This document shows, one piece after another, positions 18,609 through 29,310 of a stretch of 64,000 nucleotides of DNA. The notes beneath the pieces were generated by a model. The model searched no databases. It saw only the letters and a program-made list of their open reading frames with translations, and was not told the origin of the DNA. The position numbers and the translations under genes are program-made. The DNA comes from Fidelibacterota bacterium (GTDB lineage Bacteria; Fidelibacterota; UBA2242; JAFGTP01), in the NCBI GenBank assembly GCA_016934035.1, contig JAFGTP010000009.1, positions 1,459-65,458 on the forward strand. Reading direction: 5' to 3'. Numbering within the stretch: position 1 is the stretch's first letter; each line of letters begins with the position of its first letter.

Positions 18609-20831
18609 ATGTTTAAGAATAAAAACAAAATAAGAACATTGAACATTCAAATAAAGAAAATCCCTCTGAGTGTCCTTGGAATATTGATTTTTATCGTATT
18701 TTTTTCGACCTTTTTCTTTCAGAAAAACCAGTATCGGGATTTTCAGTATGAATTGAACAGCATTACCCATGAATCCGTCATCGCTCCCTTTACCTTTCCG
18801 ATTTTAAAATCCGAAGAAGTACTCAAAGAAGAGCGAAATGCCATGATAGTGAAGACGCCTTTTGTTTTTGTTTTTCATGAAAATTCACAAAGTATCATGA
18901 AAAAACTGGATGAATTTCAGAAGGACCTCAATGATTTGAACAAACTTATCGCTGATTCAGCGGCTTTTTTTTCAAAGAAAAACAGCATATTCGCTGATTA
19001 TAACATTCATGAAAATACCAATGTTGCCCTGATTGCCGGAAGCCCCAAAAAATACGATAAAAATTTCTTTCGGTTGATCAAGAAAAGCCTGGAAAATATC
19101 TATGACAATTTTATTATCAATATCAATCCAGCCAGTATCAGGTCCGATAAAATTGCCATTCAAAGTTCCGGTGAAGAATTTATTGAATATCCCGAAAATG
19201 TTCTTGATCTGAACATTGCCAGAACCGAAATCAAAAACCAATTGGAAACATCTCTGGATCATGAATGGGCAGAAACAGCATTTGTGATTGCCAATCATTT
19301 TCTGGAACCCAACCTGATTTTTGACGAAACAACAACTGAAAAAAGACAAACTGAAGCGATAAAAAAAGTACCCATCAGTCAGGGAATTGTTCTGGAGAAT
19401 GAAAAAATCGTAGACGCCAACACCAAGGTTACTCCGGAAATATATCGCAAATTGGTTTCGTTGTCCAGAGAACGGGCAAAAAGAGCGGAATTAAAGGGTG
19501 GGATTCGTAAATTCATTCCCCTGATTGGCGATCCGGTGATATTTCTGGGACATTTTGCACTCATTGGAATTATTATCTCCTTCTTTGTAACTTTTCTACT
19601 GTCCTATAAACCCGAGATCACCAGAGATAACAAATTGATGATTTTAATGGGATTATTGATTGTTTTTCAGGTGGTTGTCAGCTTTATATTCAAATACAAA
19701 TTTAACATATCGGAATATGCCATACCCATTACCATTTCGGCGATGATGATGACAATTCTGTTCGATCCGAAAATCGGGTTCGTGGGAACAGCCTGCATAT
19801 CAATATTGATTGGTGCACAGATTGGTGGTGATGTTTATTTTATTGTCATCTCCATCTTTGTCAGTTCCTTTGCAATTTACTCGGTTCGGAAATTGAGAAA
19901 CAGGTCCCAGTTGTTTATGTCAATTATCTATATTCTCCTGGCATACCTCTTTGCCATTACAATCTCTGAATTATTGCAGTTTTCGGTATGGCAAAATATT
20001 TCAAAACATTATCTGTTTGCAACCTTTAATGGTATTGTTGCACCTTTCCTGACCTATGGATTTATCGGACTTTTGGAAAAACCCTTTGATCTTACAACGG
20101 ACCTGACTCTTTTGGAACTGGCGGATTTTAATCACCCTCTCTTGAAACGATTGTCAAAAAATGCCCCGGGGACTTTTGCCCATTGTATTCAGGTTGGTAA
20201 CCTGGCAGAAGCGGCTGCCGACGCAGTGGGAGCCAATGCACTGCTGGCCAGGGTCGGTTCCTATTATCATGACGTTGGAAAAGTCATCAAGCCGGAATAT
20301 TTTGTGGAAAATCAGTCCTATATTTCAAACAAGCATGACAATCTTGCACCCAATATGAGTGCCCTGATCATTATTAATCATGTGAAAGAAGGTTTAAAAC
20401 TGGCCAAAGAATACAAACTACCCCAGGTGGTTACCGATTTTATCCCTTCCCATCACGGGACAACCCGAGTCGAGTATTTCCTGAACCGGGCCCAAAACCA
20501 GGCTGAAAACCCTGAAGACATTAATGAAGCCGACTTTGGATATCCGGGCCCAAAACCTCACACCAAAGAGACAGGTATCGTTATGCTGGTGGAATCTATT
20601 GAAGCCGCCTGTCGTTCTATTGAAAAACCGACAATCAGTAACATCATCAAAGTCATCGATATGATTATATCTATGAGATTGGAAGAAGGACAATTGGACG
20701 ACTGCCCATTGACCTTTTCCGATCTCAAAAAAATAAAAGGTAATATTAAAGAGAACTCTGGAATTCTTCCGGTATTGAAATCCATTTACCATTTAAGGCC
20801 GGAATACCCGGAGCAAGACAAGAAAAGTTAA
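18609..20831 (+). CDS. 7TM-HD family phosphohydrolase (PgpH-like)
   Basis: Extracytoplasmic 7TMR-HDED region, multiple TM helices, APGTFAHC, YYHDVGK, HHGT, YPGPKP. Confidence 0.9.
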   Translation: MFKNKNKIRTLNIQIKKIPLSVLGILIFIVFFSTFFFQKNQYRDFQYELNSITHESVIAPFTFPILKSEEVLKEERNAMIVKTPFVFVFHENSQSIMKKLDEFQKDLNDLNKLIADSAAFFSKKNSIFADYNIHENTNVALIAGSPKKYDKNFFRLIKKSLENIYDNFIININPASIRSDKIAIQSSGEEFIEYPENVLDLNIARTEIKNQLETSLDHEWAETAFVIANHFLEPNLIFDETTTEKRQTEAIKKVPISQGIVLENEKIVDANTKVTPEIYRKLVSLSRERAKRAELKGGIRKFIPLIGDPVIFLGHFALIGIIISFFVTFLLSYKPEITRDNKLMILMGLLIVFQVVVSFIFKYKFNISEYAIPITISAMMMTILFDPKIGFVGTACISILIGAQIGGDVYFIVISIFVSSFAIYSVRKLRNRSQLFMSIIYILLAYLFAITISELLQFSVWQNISKHYLFATFNGIVAPFLTYGFIGLLEKPFDLTTDLTLLELADFNHPLLKRLSKNAPGTFAHCIQVGNLAEAAADAVGANALLARVGSYYHDVGKVIKPEYFVENQSYISNKHDNLAPNMSALIIINHVKEGLKLAKEYKLPQVVTDFIPSHHGTTRVEYFLNRAQNQAENPEDINEADFGYPGPKPHTKETGIVMLVESIEAACRSIEKPTISNIIKVIDMIISMRLEEGQLDDCPLTFSDLKKIKGNIKENSGILPVLKSIYHLRPEYPEQDKKS

Positions 20832-20836
20832 TCAAA

Positions 20837-21283
20837 ATGCCGACCATCAACATTACAAATCTCACTTCAAAATTCAAAATTAACGGGAAAATTGCGGAAG
20901 AATTAATCCTTTCGGTTTTGATGGCAGAAAAATATGATGCCAAAGAAATTTCACTGATCCTTGCTGATGATGAATATGTTAATCGTCTCAAACTGCAGTA
21001 TTTTGACGAAGATGTCTATACTGATACCATCACTTTCAATCTGAATGATGAAGAAGAAGCGGTGGAAGGGGAAATGTATCTCAGTGCAGACAGCATCAGC
21101 CAAAACGCTCAGGAACTGAATATCAAACTCGACCGCGAATGTGCCAATGTAATCATTCACAGTGTATTACATCTTCTGGGGTACGAGGATGACAACCCGG
21201 AACAACAGCAAATAATGTTTGATTTGCAGGAAAAGTATCTGGATCAGTTCGATTATGACGGTATCCTGACCCGGGAAGTCTGA
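20837..21283 (+). CDS. ybeY: rRNA maturation endoribonuclease YbeY
   Basis: TDTITF, GEMYLS, IHSVLHLLGYED. Confidence 0.9.
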   Translation: MPTINITNLTSKFKINGKIAEELILSVLMAEKYDAKEISLILADDEYVNRLKLQYFDEDVYTDTITFNLNDEEEAVEGEMYLSADSISQNAQELNIKLDRECANVIIHSVLHLLGYEDDNPEQQQIMFDLQEKYLDQFDYDGILTREV

Positions 21284-22071
21284 TGGAAAAATTGGCACAG
21301 GCTTCTGAAGCACTGGAAAGACTGATAAAAATTGTTCAAACCCTGCGCGGACCTGACGGTTGTGAATGGGACCGGGCCCAGACATCAAAATCCCTGCGGC
21401 CTTACCTACTGGAAGAGGCTTACGAGGTGATTGAATCCATCAATGAAGAAGACCCTCAAAAAATTAAAGAGGAACTCGGGGATTTGTTACTCCATATTGT
21501 TTTTCAGGCAGAGTTGGGCAACGATAATCAGGAATTTCATTTAGCAGAATCAATCAACTACATTTCTGATAAACTGGTTCGTCGCCACCCCCATGTCTTT
21601 TCAAATACCCAAGTCAGGGATCTAAAGGATATTAAGAGAAACTGGGAAGAGATCAAAAAAGCTGAAGGCCGCAAATCTTTGATGGAAGGCCTGCCGAAAA
21701 GTCTGCCGGCACTTTTACAGGCCCGCAGAATTCAGGAGCGGGCAGCAGAGGTGAATTTTGAATGGGATGATATCAAATTTGTCTGGGAAAAATTGTCTGA
21801 AGAAATTGATGAACTGAAAGAAGCCGTCGCCGAGAAGGACCTGGATAAAATTGAAGATGAAATGGGGGATGTACTCTTTTCCATTGTCAATCTGTCCCGA
21901 TTTCTGAAAACCAATCCGGAAGAAGCTTTGAAACGAACCAATAAAAAATTTATCAATCGCTTTAAACAAATCGAAAACCATCTGGAAGCCAGGGGCCTGG
22001 CATTCAGCGACATGAGCCTTGATGACCTCGATGCCATCTGGGAACAAATCAAAAAAGACGAGAAAATCTAA
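21283..22071 (+). CDS. mazG: Nucleoside triphosphate pyrophosphohydrolase MazG
   Basis: LRGPDGCEWDRAQT, EEAYEV, EELGDLL, KLVRRHPHVF, EMGDVLF. Confidence 0.95.
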   Translation: MEKLAQASEALERLIKIVQTLRGPDGCEWDRAQTSKSLRPYLLEEAYEVIESINEEDPQKIKEELGDLLLHIVFQAELGNDNQEFHLAESINYISDKLVRRHPHVFSNTQVRDLKDIKRNWEEIKKAEGRKSLMEGLPKSLPALLQARRIQERAAEVNFEWDDIKFVWEKLSEEIDELKEAVAEKDLDKIEDEMGDVLFSIVNLSRFLKTNPEEALKRTNKKFINRFKQIENHLEARGLAFSDMSLDDLDAIWEQIKKDEKI

Positions 22072-22080
22072 AGTTTTGTA

Positions 22081-22109
22081 TTGAACATCTTCCCTGAATT
22101 GGATATATT
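22081..22109 (+). promoter_or_regulatory. Putative sigma70 promoter for the 6S RNA candidate
   Basis: TTGAAC-17 nt-TATATT. Confidence 0.45.
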
Positions 22110-22132
22110 GTAAATAAGATTTGACGCTTTTT

Positions 22133-22312
22133 AAAATTTCCTGTGAATCATAGTTCTGACGATTTTTGGAACCAACATAAACAAATTGGGAACTGAACTT
22201 TGACTAGCTAAAGCATGCCTTCATTGCGCTTGGATCCTTGATCTAGTCAAGAGGTTACCCACTGTGGATCTTTTCGGATTCCATTAATCCCAGGATTATC
22301 ACAGGAAATTTT
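22133..22312 (+). ncRNA. ssrS: 6S RNA candidate
   Basis: 180-nt irregular hairpin: AAAATTTCCTGTGA/TCACAGGAAATTTT closing stem, TAGTTCTG/CAGGATTA, TGGAACC/GGATTCCA, an A-rich central bubble, TGGGAAC/GTTACCCA and TTGACTAG/CTAGTCAA. Confidence 0.72.
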
Positions 22313-22355
22313 TTATATACCCACTTAATCAACACAAGCTCTGACTTGTGTTTTT

Positions 22356-22949
22356 TTACAGCACTTTAATTATTATATCAGGAAAGGGATTGAAACGGGA
22401 ACAGATTTCCGGGACATCTTTTTCCGGCAGATTCAATCGTATTACAGCGCCATCCAGACTATATTCCTGCTCAAATTTTAAACCGGTTTGTTCCATGATG
22501 AACATAACGTCAGAGTAGTTTCTGTGAGGAGTATGGATCTGGACGATCGAGTGTTTGATGATCTCTCGGGTTTTGGTTCGATCCAATAATCTTGCGGCAG
22601 AACCGCCATAAGCACGAATAAGGCCACCAACACCCAGTTTGATACCACCAAAATAGCGTACAACCACAACCAGGGTGTTGACCAGATTTCGTCCTTCCAG
22701 CGCCGCTTCAATAGGCGGGCCGGAACTTCTGCCGGGTTCACCATCGTCGGTATTATAAGCGATAATTCCCTGGGTTGTCAGCATACGATAGGCACGGACG
22801 ATATGATTGGCTTTGTGATGTTCTGCTTTGTACTGTTCAATGAGGACTTCAACTTCTTTCAAATTTCTCACCGGATGTACAAAGACCAGAAATTTAGAGT
22901 TTTTTATTTTTTCCAGTGAAGATGTGGATTCGACGACTTCTCTGTACAT
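22356..22949 (-). CDS. yigZ: YigZ/IMPACT family protein
   Basis: IKNSKF, HKANH, TDDGEPGRSSG, VVRYFGGIKLGVGGLIRAY. Confidence 0.92.
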   Translation of the reverse strand: MYREVVESTSSLEKIKNSKFLVFVHPVRNLKEVEVLIEQYKAEHHKANHIVRAYRMLTTQGIIAYNTDDGEPGRSSGPPIEAALEGRNLVNTLVVVVRYFGGIKLGVGGLIRAYGGSAARLLDRTKTREIIKHSIVQIHTPHRNYSDVMFIMEQTGLKFEQEYSLDGAVIRLNLPEKDVPEICSRFNPFPDIIIKVL

Positions 22950-24556
22950 TATTTTAGGATTGTAAATTTTTGGGTTTTAAATTTGCCGCCTGATTCAACC
23001 TGGATAATATAGGTTCCGGATGGTAGTGGTTGGCCGAATTCATGATTCAGGGAAATTGAATAAAGGTTATTGTCCTGGTGGTTATACTTTTTTCTCATTA
23101 GTTCCTGTCCCAGCAGATTGAAAATTTTTAGCTGAATTCCATCGCCGGTGTTTTTTGTTGTCACTGACAGGTTTAACGGACCATTGGTCGGGTTTGGATA
23201 CAGTTTGCTGAAACTGAACATATTGACCGGGGCAATGTAGTTCAATTCAATTTTCAGTTCAATCGCAGCGTTTTCATTGATATTGGTAATGAAAAGCAAA
23301 AGAGTATCCTCTAGGGATGAAATGCCAACAAATTCATCGGCTTTCAGATCAAATTGATTGATGGAATATTTCCCGTTTTTAATATAAATGTATCGGCCTA
23401 ACAGTTCTTTTGAAAAATCATCGCTGTTTATTATTCCGAAATATTGTGAATTTTCAAAAGTGATCTGAATCGGTAACGTCGTTACATAATTGATATAATC
23501 ATTGATTTCCAGACTGTTGTTAAATTCATATTCATGAGACCAGTGAATGTGCATTGGCGGAAAATATTGTGCATCTTCACTGACTGATAATTCCAGATCA
23601 TACAGGGCACCCGAAAAATACATACGCTGGCAGTATTCGTTGTAAAGCTCTGCTAATGTGGTATTGGTTTCATCTTTGATCACATCGTCAATGGCGAAAT
23701 AGGCTCGTTCACCACTTTTTATTTTGTTCCATGTCTTAACGAGGATATTTGTAGAATAGCGGTCAATTATAAATTTCAGGAAAATCCCCTGTGCATATTC
23801 AAAACTATTGTTGTAGGACCAGATAGGAGAATCAACGGAATACATGAAATTTTTTGCATAAGCCACATAATCATTGACTTCAGGATACATGAATTCCTCA
23901 AACCAGGTGGAAGACCATTCAAAGAAAAAAGCATCTCCGGAATACATTTGGGAGAGATAGTTGCTGGTGTTAAAATTATAACCGATCTGAACCATGTGAA
24001 AAAATTCATGCGAAACGGTTACTTTTAATGCTTCGAAACCACGGGTTGCATAACTATTTTCAACAAAATCATTGTCCACAACCAGATATGTCGTATAATC
24101 TTTGGGTCGGGATGTGTTTTCTACCGGATTTTCAGGGTAAGTGTTTGCGTAAGGGTTGCCGCCCCAGTTTTTAAAATAGATATCGTATTCGTCTCCATCG
24201 ACACCATCAAAGGGCGGTGCATCAAAGCCCATGGAATCGACTAAAACATGATATGCCCGTTCTGCATAGTTTGCTGCATTGTAAATCCAATCCGGCACAC
24301 CATCGGGATTGTTGGTTTCTGTTGGCACCGCATCAGTTCCCGAAATTGTGTAATGAAGTTTGAAATGGCCTTTTTGGGAAATATAGGTTTCCGGCAGGTC
24401 TGGCCGGCCCCAGGATTTTTTGGAAAGAAAATTTTGTGAAAAACTGCTTTTTACCGGAGATGGTTGAGGAACATCATTTTTTTGCGGTATTTCACCATAA
24501 GCAAAGGCTGCCATGACTAAAAGACCCATCATTCTATGTAATTTTTTCTCTATCAT
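22949..24556 (-). CDS. Secreted putative zinc metallopeptidase with T9SS-type C-terminal sorting domain
   Basis: Signal peptide; HFKLHY; SHEFFH (HExxH) with downstream FEWSSTWFEE; C-terminal LYPNPTNG...IFNLLGQ...SGTYIIQV. Confidence 0.75.
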   Translation of the reverse strand: MIEKKLHRMMGLLVMAAFAYGEIPQKNDVPQPSPVKSSFSQNFLSKKSWGRPDLPETYISQKGHFKLHYTISGTDAVPTETNNPDGVPDWIYNAANYAERAYHVLVDSMGFDAPPFDGVDGDEYDIYFKNWGGNPYANTYPENPVENTSRPKDYTTYLVVDNDFVENSYATRGFEALKVTVSHEFFHMVQIGYNFNTSNYLSQMYSGDAFFFEWSSTWFEEFMYPEVNDYVAYAKNFMYSVDSPIWSYNNSFEYAQGIFLKFIIDRYSTNILVKTWNKIKSGERAYFAIDDVIKDETNTTLAELYNEYCQRMYFSGALYDLELSVSEDAQYFPPMHIHWSHEYEFNNSLEINDYINYVTTLPIQITFENSQYFGIINSDDFSKELLGRYIYIKNGKYSINQFDLKADEFVGISSLEDTLLLFITNINENAAIELKIELNYIAPVNMFSFSKLYPNPTNGPLNLSVTTKNTGDGIQLKIFNLLGQELMRKKYNHQDNNLYSISLNHEFGQPLPSGTYIIQVESGGKFKTQKFTILK

Positions 24557-25878
24557 TTGTTTCTAAAAGAAATTCCTATTGGTACTCCGATGAATTGAAA
24601 ATGTTTCCTGAGTTGGTTTTCCAGAAAACGCTTGTAATCTTCAAGGAGAAATTTCGGGTGATTGCAGTAAAAGGCGAACAGGGGTGGATTATTACGGATT
24701 TGTGCTACGTATTTGATCTGTATATATTTACCATAATTTGCCGGCGGAGGTGTTTTTTGAATAATAGGAAGCATCACATCATTGAGTTCTTTGGTGCTGA
24801 TTTTTGCCATGAAAGTTTCATGGACTTCTTTGGCTTTGCTGATGATGTCAAAAACCCGGCGATTGTTTTTAGCTGATGTGAAAAGGATGGGGTAATATTG
24901 CAATTGACGGTCTTTAAGGATAATTTCTTCGGTGTATTCTTTCATGGTATTGGTGTCCTTTTCCACCAGGTCCCATTTGTTCATGACAATAATCAATCCT
25001 TTTCTTTCTTTGAGAATCGCATTGCAGATAGTCACGTCCTGGTTCTGAAAGCCCAGGGTTGAATCAATGACCAGAACACAGACATTGGCCCTGGAGATGG
25101 CACGGTTGGAACGTACTGTACTAAAAAATTCTACATTGTCCTTGACCTTGGCTTTTTTGCGTAGACCGGCAGTGTCGATGAGGACAATATCTTCTCCGTA
25201 ATACTTAATTTTGGTATCGATTGAATCTCTGGTGGTGCCGGGTATGTCTGTAACTATGGCTTGTTCTTTTCCCAGAAGGCAGTTGGTGAGTGATGATTTT
25301 CCGGCATTGGGTCGACCGACAAAAGCCAGTTTCAATAACTCTTCTTCGTCAAAGGTTTCCGGAATTTCCCGGGGTAATTTTTCCATGATCAGGTCCAGCA
25401 GGTCTCCGGTCCGGCGTCCGTTTAAGGCTGAGATTGGAAAAGGTTCACCAAGTCCAAGGTTGTAATAATTAAAAATTTCATGTTCACGGAGTTCATTATC
25501 GCTTTTATTGACTACCAGGATGGCTTCTTTGTTGAGTTTTCGAATATAGTCGGCAAACTCTCTTTCCGTGGATGTCAGTTCCTGGGTCACGTCAACCAGG
25601 AAAATGACCAGGTCGGCTTCATCGATAGCATAAAAAATATGAGTTTTCACAGCATTGTTGATTTCATCATCTTTGTCGGGAATAAAGCCGCCGGTGTCGA
25701 TTAAAATAAATTGTGAGCCGGCCCAGGACACAGTATCGTAGATCCTGTCCCGAGTGACTCCTTCTTCGTCGTGAACAATCGATTTTTGTTTTTGTAAAAA
25801 ACGGTTGAATAAAGTGGATTTTCCTGTATTTGGTTTTCCAATGATTGCGACTACAGGTTTATTTAGAGGCATATTCAA
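24553..25878 (-). CDS. der: Ribosome biogenesis GTPase Der
   Basis: Two GTPase domains (GKPNTGKS/DTGG/NKSD and GRPNAGKS/DTAG/NKWD) plus a KH-like tail. Confidence 0.97.
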   Translation of the reverse strand: MNMPLNKPVVAIIGKPNTGKSTLFNRFLQKQKSIVHDEEGVTRDRIYDTVSWAGSQFILIDTGGFIPDKDDEINNAVKTHIFYAIDEADLVIFLVDVTQELTSTEREFADYIRKLNKEAILVVNKSDNELREHEIFNYYNLGLGEPFPISALNGRRTGDLLDLIMEKLPREIPETFDEEELLKLAFVGRPNAGKSSLTNCLLGKEQAIVTDIPGTTRDSIDTKIKYYGEDIVLIDTAGLRKKAKVKDNVEFFSTVRSNRAISRANVCVLVIDSTLGFQNQDVTICNAILKERKGLIIVMNKWDLVEKDTNTMKEYTEEIILKDRQLQYYPILFTSAKNNRRVFDIISKAKEVHETFMAKISTKELNDVMLPIIQKTPPPANYGKYIQIKYVAQIRNNPPLFAFYCNHPKFLLEDYKRFLENQLRKHFQFIGVPIGISFRNK

Positions 25879-27148
25879 TAATCTCCATGAAATTGTTATT
25901 TGAGCATATAATCGGCAGGTTTAGTTTTGTTGCCAGTGTATCCGGTGACATATTATCCAGAAATAAACCATCATCATTGAGGCATCTTGGCGGAAGGACC
26001 ATGAAGTTGTAATTTACAGCGATTTCTTTTGTCTGGTCCAGAATATCCTGACCGGTCAATAATCCGCTGACAGTCACGGAATCACCGTAAAAATTATTTT
26101 TTATTGCCAAGAATTCCGCTGTCAGGTTTTTTATTTTTTTCAATTCCGGCAATATTTCTTTGTCCATGACGGGTTTAATCATTTTTCCGGTTATAAAAAG
26201 GATTTTTTGGGGATAAGGAATACTCTTGGGGAATTCCAACTTATACTGGGCAAAATCATCCAGCATATCACGAACAAGGCCGACACCGTTTTCGATCTGG
26301 TAGTAGGGTCCGTAATAGGTGCCGGATGGTAAGGGTTCCTCGCCCAGGAGAAAAAATTCATCGGCGATTGTGACAAAAGGGTCGCCCTCAATATTATGAA
26401 ATTCTTTTTCCCATTGCCGGGAAGATACCACGATATTCTTTGCATAGGCTGTGTCGATGGCTTTTAACATGGGTAAACTCTGACGGTGCCTGGTCAATCC
26501 GACAGGCACAACGGCCACAGATAATATATGGTCCCTCAGATGGAAAAGATCCTGAAGGGTTTTTTGCAGTATCATACCGTCATTTAATTGGGGAACCAGG
26601 ACGATTTGCGCATGGATGAGAATGCCGTTTTGGGTTAAAAATTGAAGTTTTTCCATCAAATGATCATCTTTTTTGTGACAAAATAGGGCTTTGCGCACAT
26701 CATTATCAGTGGCATGGATGGAGATATAAAGCGGCGATAATTTTTGTCTGACAATTCGGTTGAGTTCATTTTTAGTCAGGTTGGTGAGTGTAATAAAATT
26801 GCCATAAAGAAAGGAATAGCGATAATCTTCATCATGAAAATAGATTGGGGCCCGCATCCCTTTTGGATTTTGGTCAATAAAGCAAAAAATACAATGATTG
26901 CCGCATCCCCGGATTTTAGGTGGCTCCAGGACAAAACCTAGCTCATCATCATACTCTTTTTCGATTGGTGACCAGAGATTCTGTCCATTGCGCCGGACCT
27001 GGACGACAAGATATTCTTCTGATTGATAAAACATATAATCTAGAAAATCGTTGACCTTCTCATCATTGATTGTCACAATTATGTCTCCGGGAAGGGCGCC
27101 GATTTTTTCTGCCGGACTACCGGGTTTTATGCCGATAACTTTTAGCAT
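25859..27148 (-). CDS. PDZ plus radical-SAM-like DUF512 protein
   Basis: N-terminal PDZ-like region, CGNHCIFCFIDQ, DEDYRYSF, VPVGLT, QIENGVG. Confidence 0.88.
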   Translation of the reverse strand: MLKVIGIKPGSPAEKIGALPGDIIVTINDEKVNDFLDYMFYQSEEYLVVQVRRNGQNLWSPIEKEYDDELGFVLEPPKIRGCGNHCIFCFIDQNPKGMRAPIYFHDEDYRYSFLYGNFITLTNLTKNELNRIVRQKLSPLYISIHATDNDVRKALFCHKKDDHLMEKLQFLTQNGILIHAQIVLVPQLNDGMILQKTLQDLFHLRDHILSVAVVPVGLTRHRQSLPMLKAIDTAYAKNIVVSSRQWEKEFHNIEGDPFVTIADEFFLLGEEPLPSGTYYGPYYQIENGVGLVRDMLDDFAQYKLEFPKSIPYPQKILFITGKMIKPVMDKEILPELKKIKNLTAEFLAIKNNFYGDSVTVSGLLTGQDILDQTKEIAVNYNFMVLPPRCLNDDGLFLDNMSPDTLATKLNLPIICSNNNFMEIIEYASK

Positions 27149-29310
27149 TAGAGAACATCTTTCATACTGAGACCAATCCTTCCTCTCATTTTATCAATGG
27201 TCATAATTTTCACATCAACAATATCACCGACAGAGACCACTTCTTTGGGGTCCTTGACGAATTTATTGGCCAACTGGCTGATATGAACTAATCCTGCTTC
27301 CTTGAGTCCGATATCAATAAAGGCTCCAAAATCTACGACGTTGCGGACAGTGCCTTTTAAAACCATGCCTTCTTTGAGATCATCGATTTTGAGAATACCT
27401 GACTTAAAAATCGGTTTCGGTAATTCATCTCTGGGGTCAATACCTGGTTTTTCAAGGTTTAGTAAAATATCTTCTAGAGTGGGAAGGCCAATGTTGATTT
27501 CCTGGGCCAGTTCAGCTATGTTTGCACCGGCTATTTGATGTCTCAGAATAAAACTTTCAGTGGCGATATTCTGAATTTTGTATCTTTTTAATAGTTTTTT
27601 TGTTGCTTCATAGGATTCGGGATGAATGGCTGTGTTATCCAGTGGATTTTTTGAGTCTGGTATTCGCAAAAAACCGGCAGACTGCTGAAAGGATATCAAA
27701 CCGATGCCCGGAACATTTTTTAATTCACTGCGGTCTAAAAATTTTCCATGTTTCATTCTGTATTCAATAATATTGCCAGCGGTCCGGCTAGTCAAGCCAG
27801 CCACGTGTTGCAGCAGGGAAGATGAGGCTGTATTAACGTTGACACCCACCTGGTTGACACAATTTTCAATAACATATCCCAGGGTTTCTGTCAGTCGTTT
27901 TTGGTTGACGTCATGCTGATATTGCCCGACCCCGATGGATTTGGGATCAATTTTGACCAATTCTGATAATGGATCCAGCAAGCGCCGGGCGATGGAGATG
28001 TTGCCGCGCATACTGGCTTCCAGGTCAGGGAATTCCTCTTTGGCAATTTTGGAAGCTGAATAAACTGAGGCTCCCGCTTCATCAACAATTATATATTTTA
28101 ATTCAGGAACTTTTATATCTTCAATTAAATCAGCCACCAGTGCTTCCGTTTCACGCGAAGCGGTGCCGTTGCCAATGGCTATGGCTGAAACAGAATGTTC
28201 AAAAACCAGACGGGTAAGGATTTTTTTTGCATCTTCGTATTGGTTTTGGGGCGGATGTGGAAAAATGGTAGTACCTTCAAGATATTTGCCTGTCGGGTCA
28301 ATGATCGCAACTTTACAACCGGTTCTGAAAGCGGGATCGATTCCCATGATGATTTGATTTCGTAAGGGTGGTTGAAGCAGGAGATTTTTAAGGTTAGTGG
28401 CAAACACTTGGATGGCCTTTTCTTCGGCTTTTTCAGTTAATTGATTTCTTATTTCGCGTTCAATGGCCTTTGAAATCAGACGTGTATAACTATCTTCAAT
28501 GACTTCTGAAAGAGTCGCTGCATAAATGGAATGAAAATCCTTGATATATTTCTTTTTTAAAAACTCGATTATCTTGGAAGTATCAATAGAGATTTTGACG
28601 TTGAGAATTTTTAAATTTTCCCCCCGGTTGATGGCCAGAATTCGGTGGCTGGGGATCGTTGAGATTTTTTCTGAATAATCAAAATACATTTCAAATACAG
28701 CTGTATCTGTATCCGTTTTGGATTTAATTGATGATTCTAGCAGACCGTGATTTGTGGTATATTCTCGAATAAACCTACGATTGTCGGCATCGTCAGAAAA
28801 AATCTCTGCCAGAATATCTTTGGCACCCTGAAGGGCCGCTTCTGCCGTATTTACTTCATGCTCGCTTTTGATAAACTGGGAAGCGATTTCCAAAATAGAA
28901 TTGGATATAGGTTGCTGTAAAAGAATCAGGGATGCCAGGGGTTCAAGGCCTTTTTCTCTGGCAATGGTGGCTCGGGTCAATTTTTTGGGTTTGTAAGGCA
29001 GATAGAGGTCTTCTAATATCTGGATGTCCTGGCAGTTGATTATTTTATTTCTGAGTTCATCAGTGAGTTTGCCTTGTTCACCAATGGTTTTAAGGATGGT
29101 TTCTTTGCGACTTTCCAGAGCTCTCAGGAATTCAATTTTTTCAATGATAGATCGGATTTGGTCTTCATCCAGTTTGCCGGTGGCCTCTTTTCGGTATCTT
29201 GCTAGAAAAGGAACGGTATTGCCCTCGTCAACCAGTTGAATGGTTTTTTCAACCTGAAAGGGTAAAAGAGTGAGTTCCTGTGCGATTTTTATAAAAATTT
29301 TTGTTTCCAT
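27148..29310 (-). CDS. tex: Tex family RNA-binding transcriptional accessory protein
   Basis: GNTVPFLARYRKE, GIDPAFRTGCK, IGNGTASRET, DPKSIGVGQYQHD, C-terminal S1 domain. Confidence 0.95.
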   Translation of the reverse strand: METKIFIKIAQELTLLPFQVEKTIQLVDEGNTVPFLARYRKEATGKLDEDQIRSIIEKIEFLRALESRKETILKTIGEQGKLTDELRNKIINCQDIQILEDLYLPYKPKKLTRATIAREKGLEPLASLILLQQPISNSILEIASQFIKSEHEVNTAEAALQGAKDILAEIFSDDADNRRFIREYTTNHGLLESSIKSKTDTDTAVFEMYFDYSEKISTIPSHRILAINRGENLKILNVKISIDTSKIIEFLKKKYIKDFHSIYAATLSEVIEDSYTRLISKAIEREIRNQLTEKAEEKAIQVFATNLKNLLLQPPLRNQIIMGIDPAFRTGCKVAIIDPTGKYLEGTTIFPHPPQNQYEDAKKILTRLVFEHSVSAIAIGNGTASRETEALVADLIEDIKVPELKYIIVDEAGASVYSASKIAKEEFPDLEASMRGNISIARRLLDPLSELVKIDPKSIGVGQYQHDVNQKRLTETLGYVIENCVNQVGVNVNTASSSLLQHVAGLTSRTAGNIIEYRMKHGKFLDRSELKNVPGIGLISFQQSAGFLRIPDSKNPLDNTAIHPESYEATKKLLKRYKIQNIATESFILRHQIAGANIAELAQEINIGLPTLEDILLNLEKPGIDPRDELPKPIFKSGILKIDDLKEGMVLKGTVRNVVDFGAFIDIGLKEAGLVHISQLANKFVKDPKEVVSVGDIVDVKIMTIDKMRGRIGLSMKDVL

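Noticed and set aside
20837-21283. YbeY third zinc ligand is Asp (HSVLHLLGYED) instead of His
   Set aside because: From recollection, an acidic residue here is common in FCB-group YbeY proteins; not evidence of inactivation.
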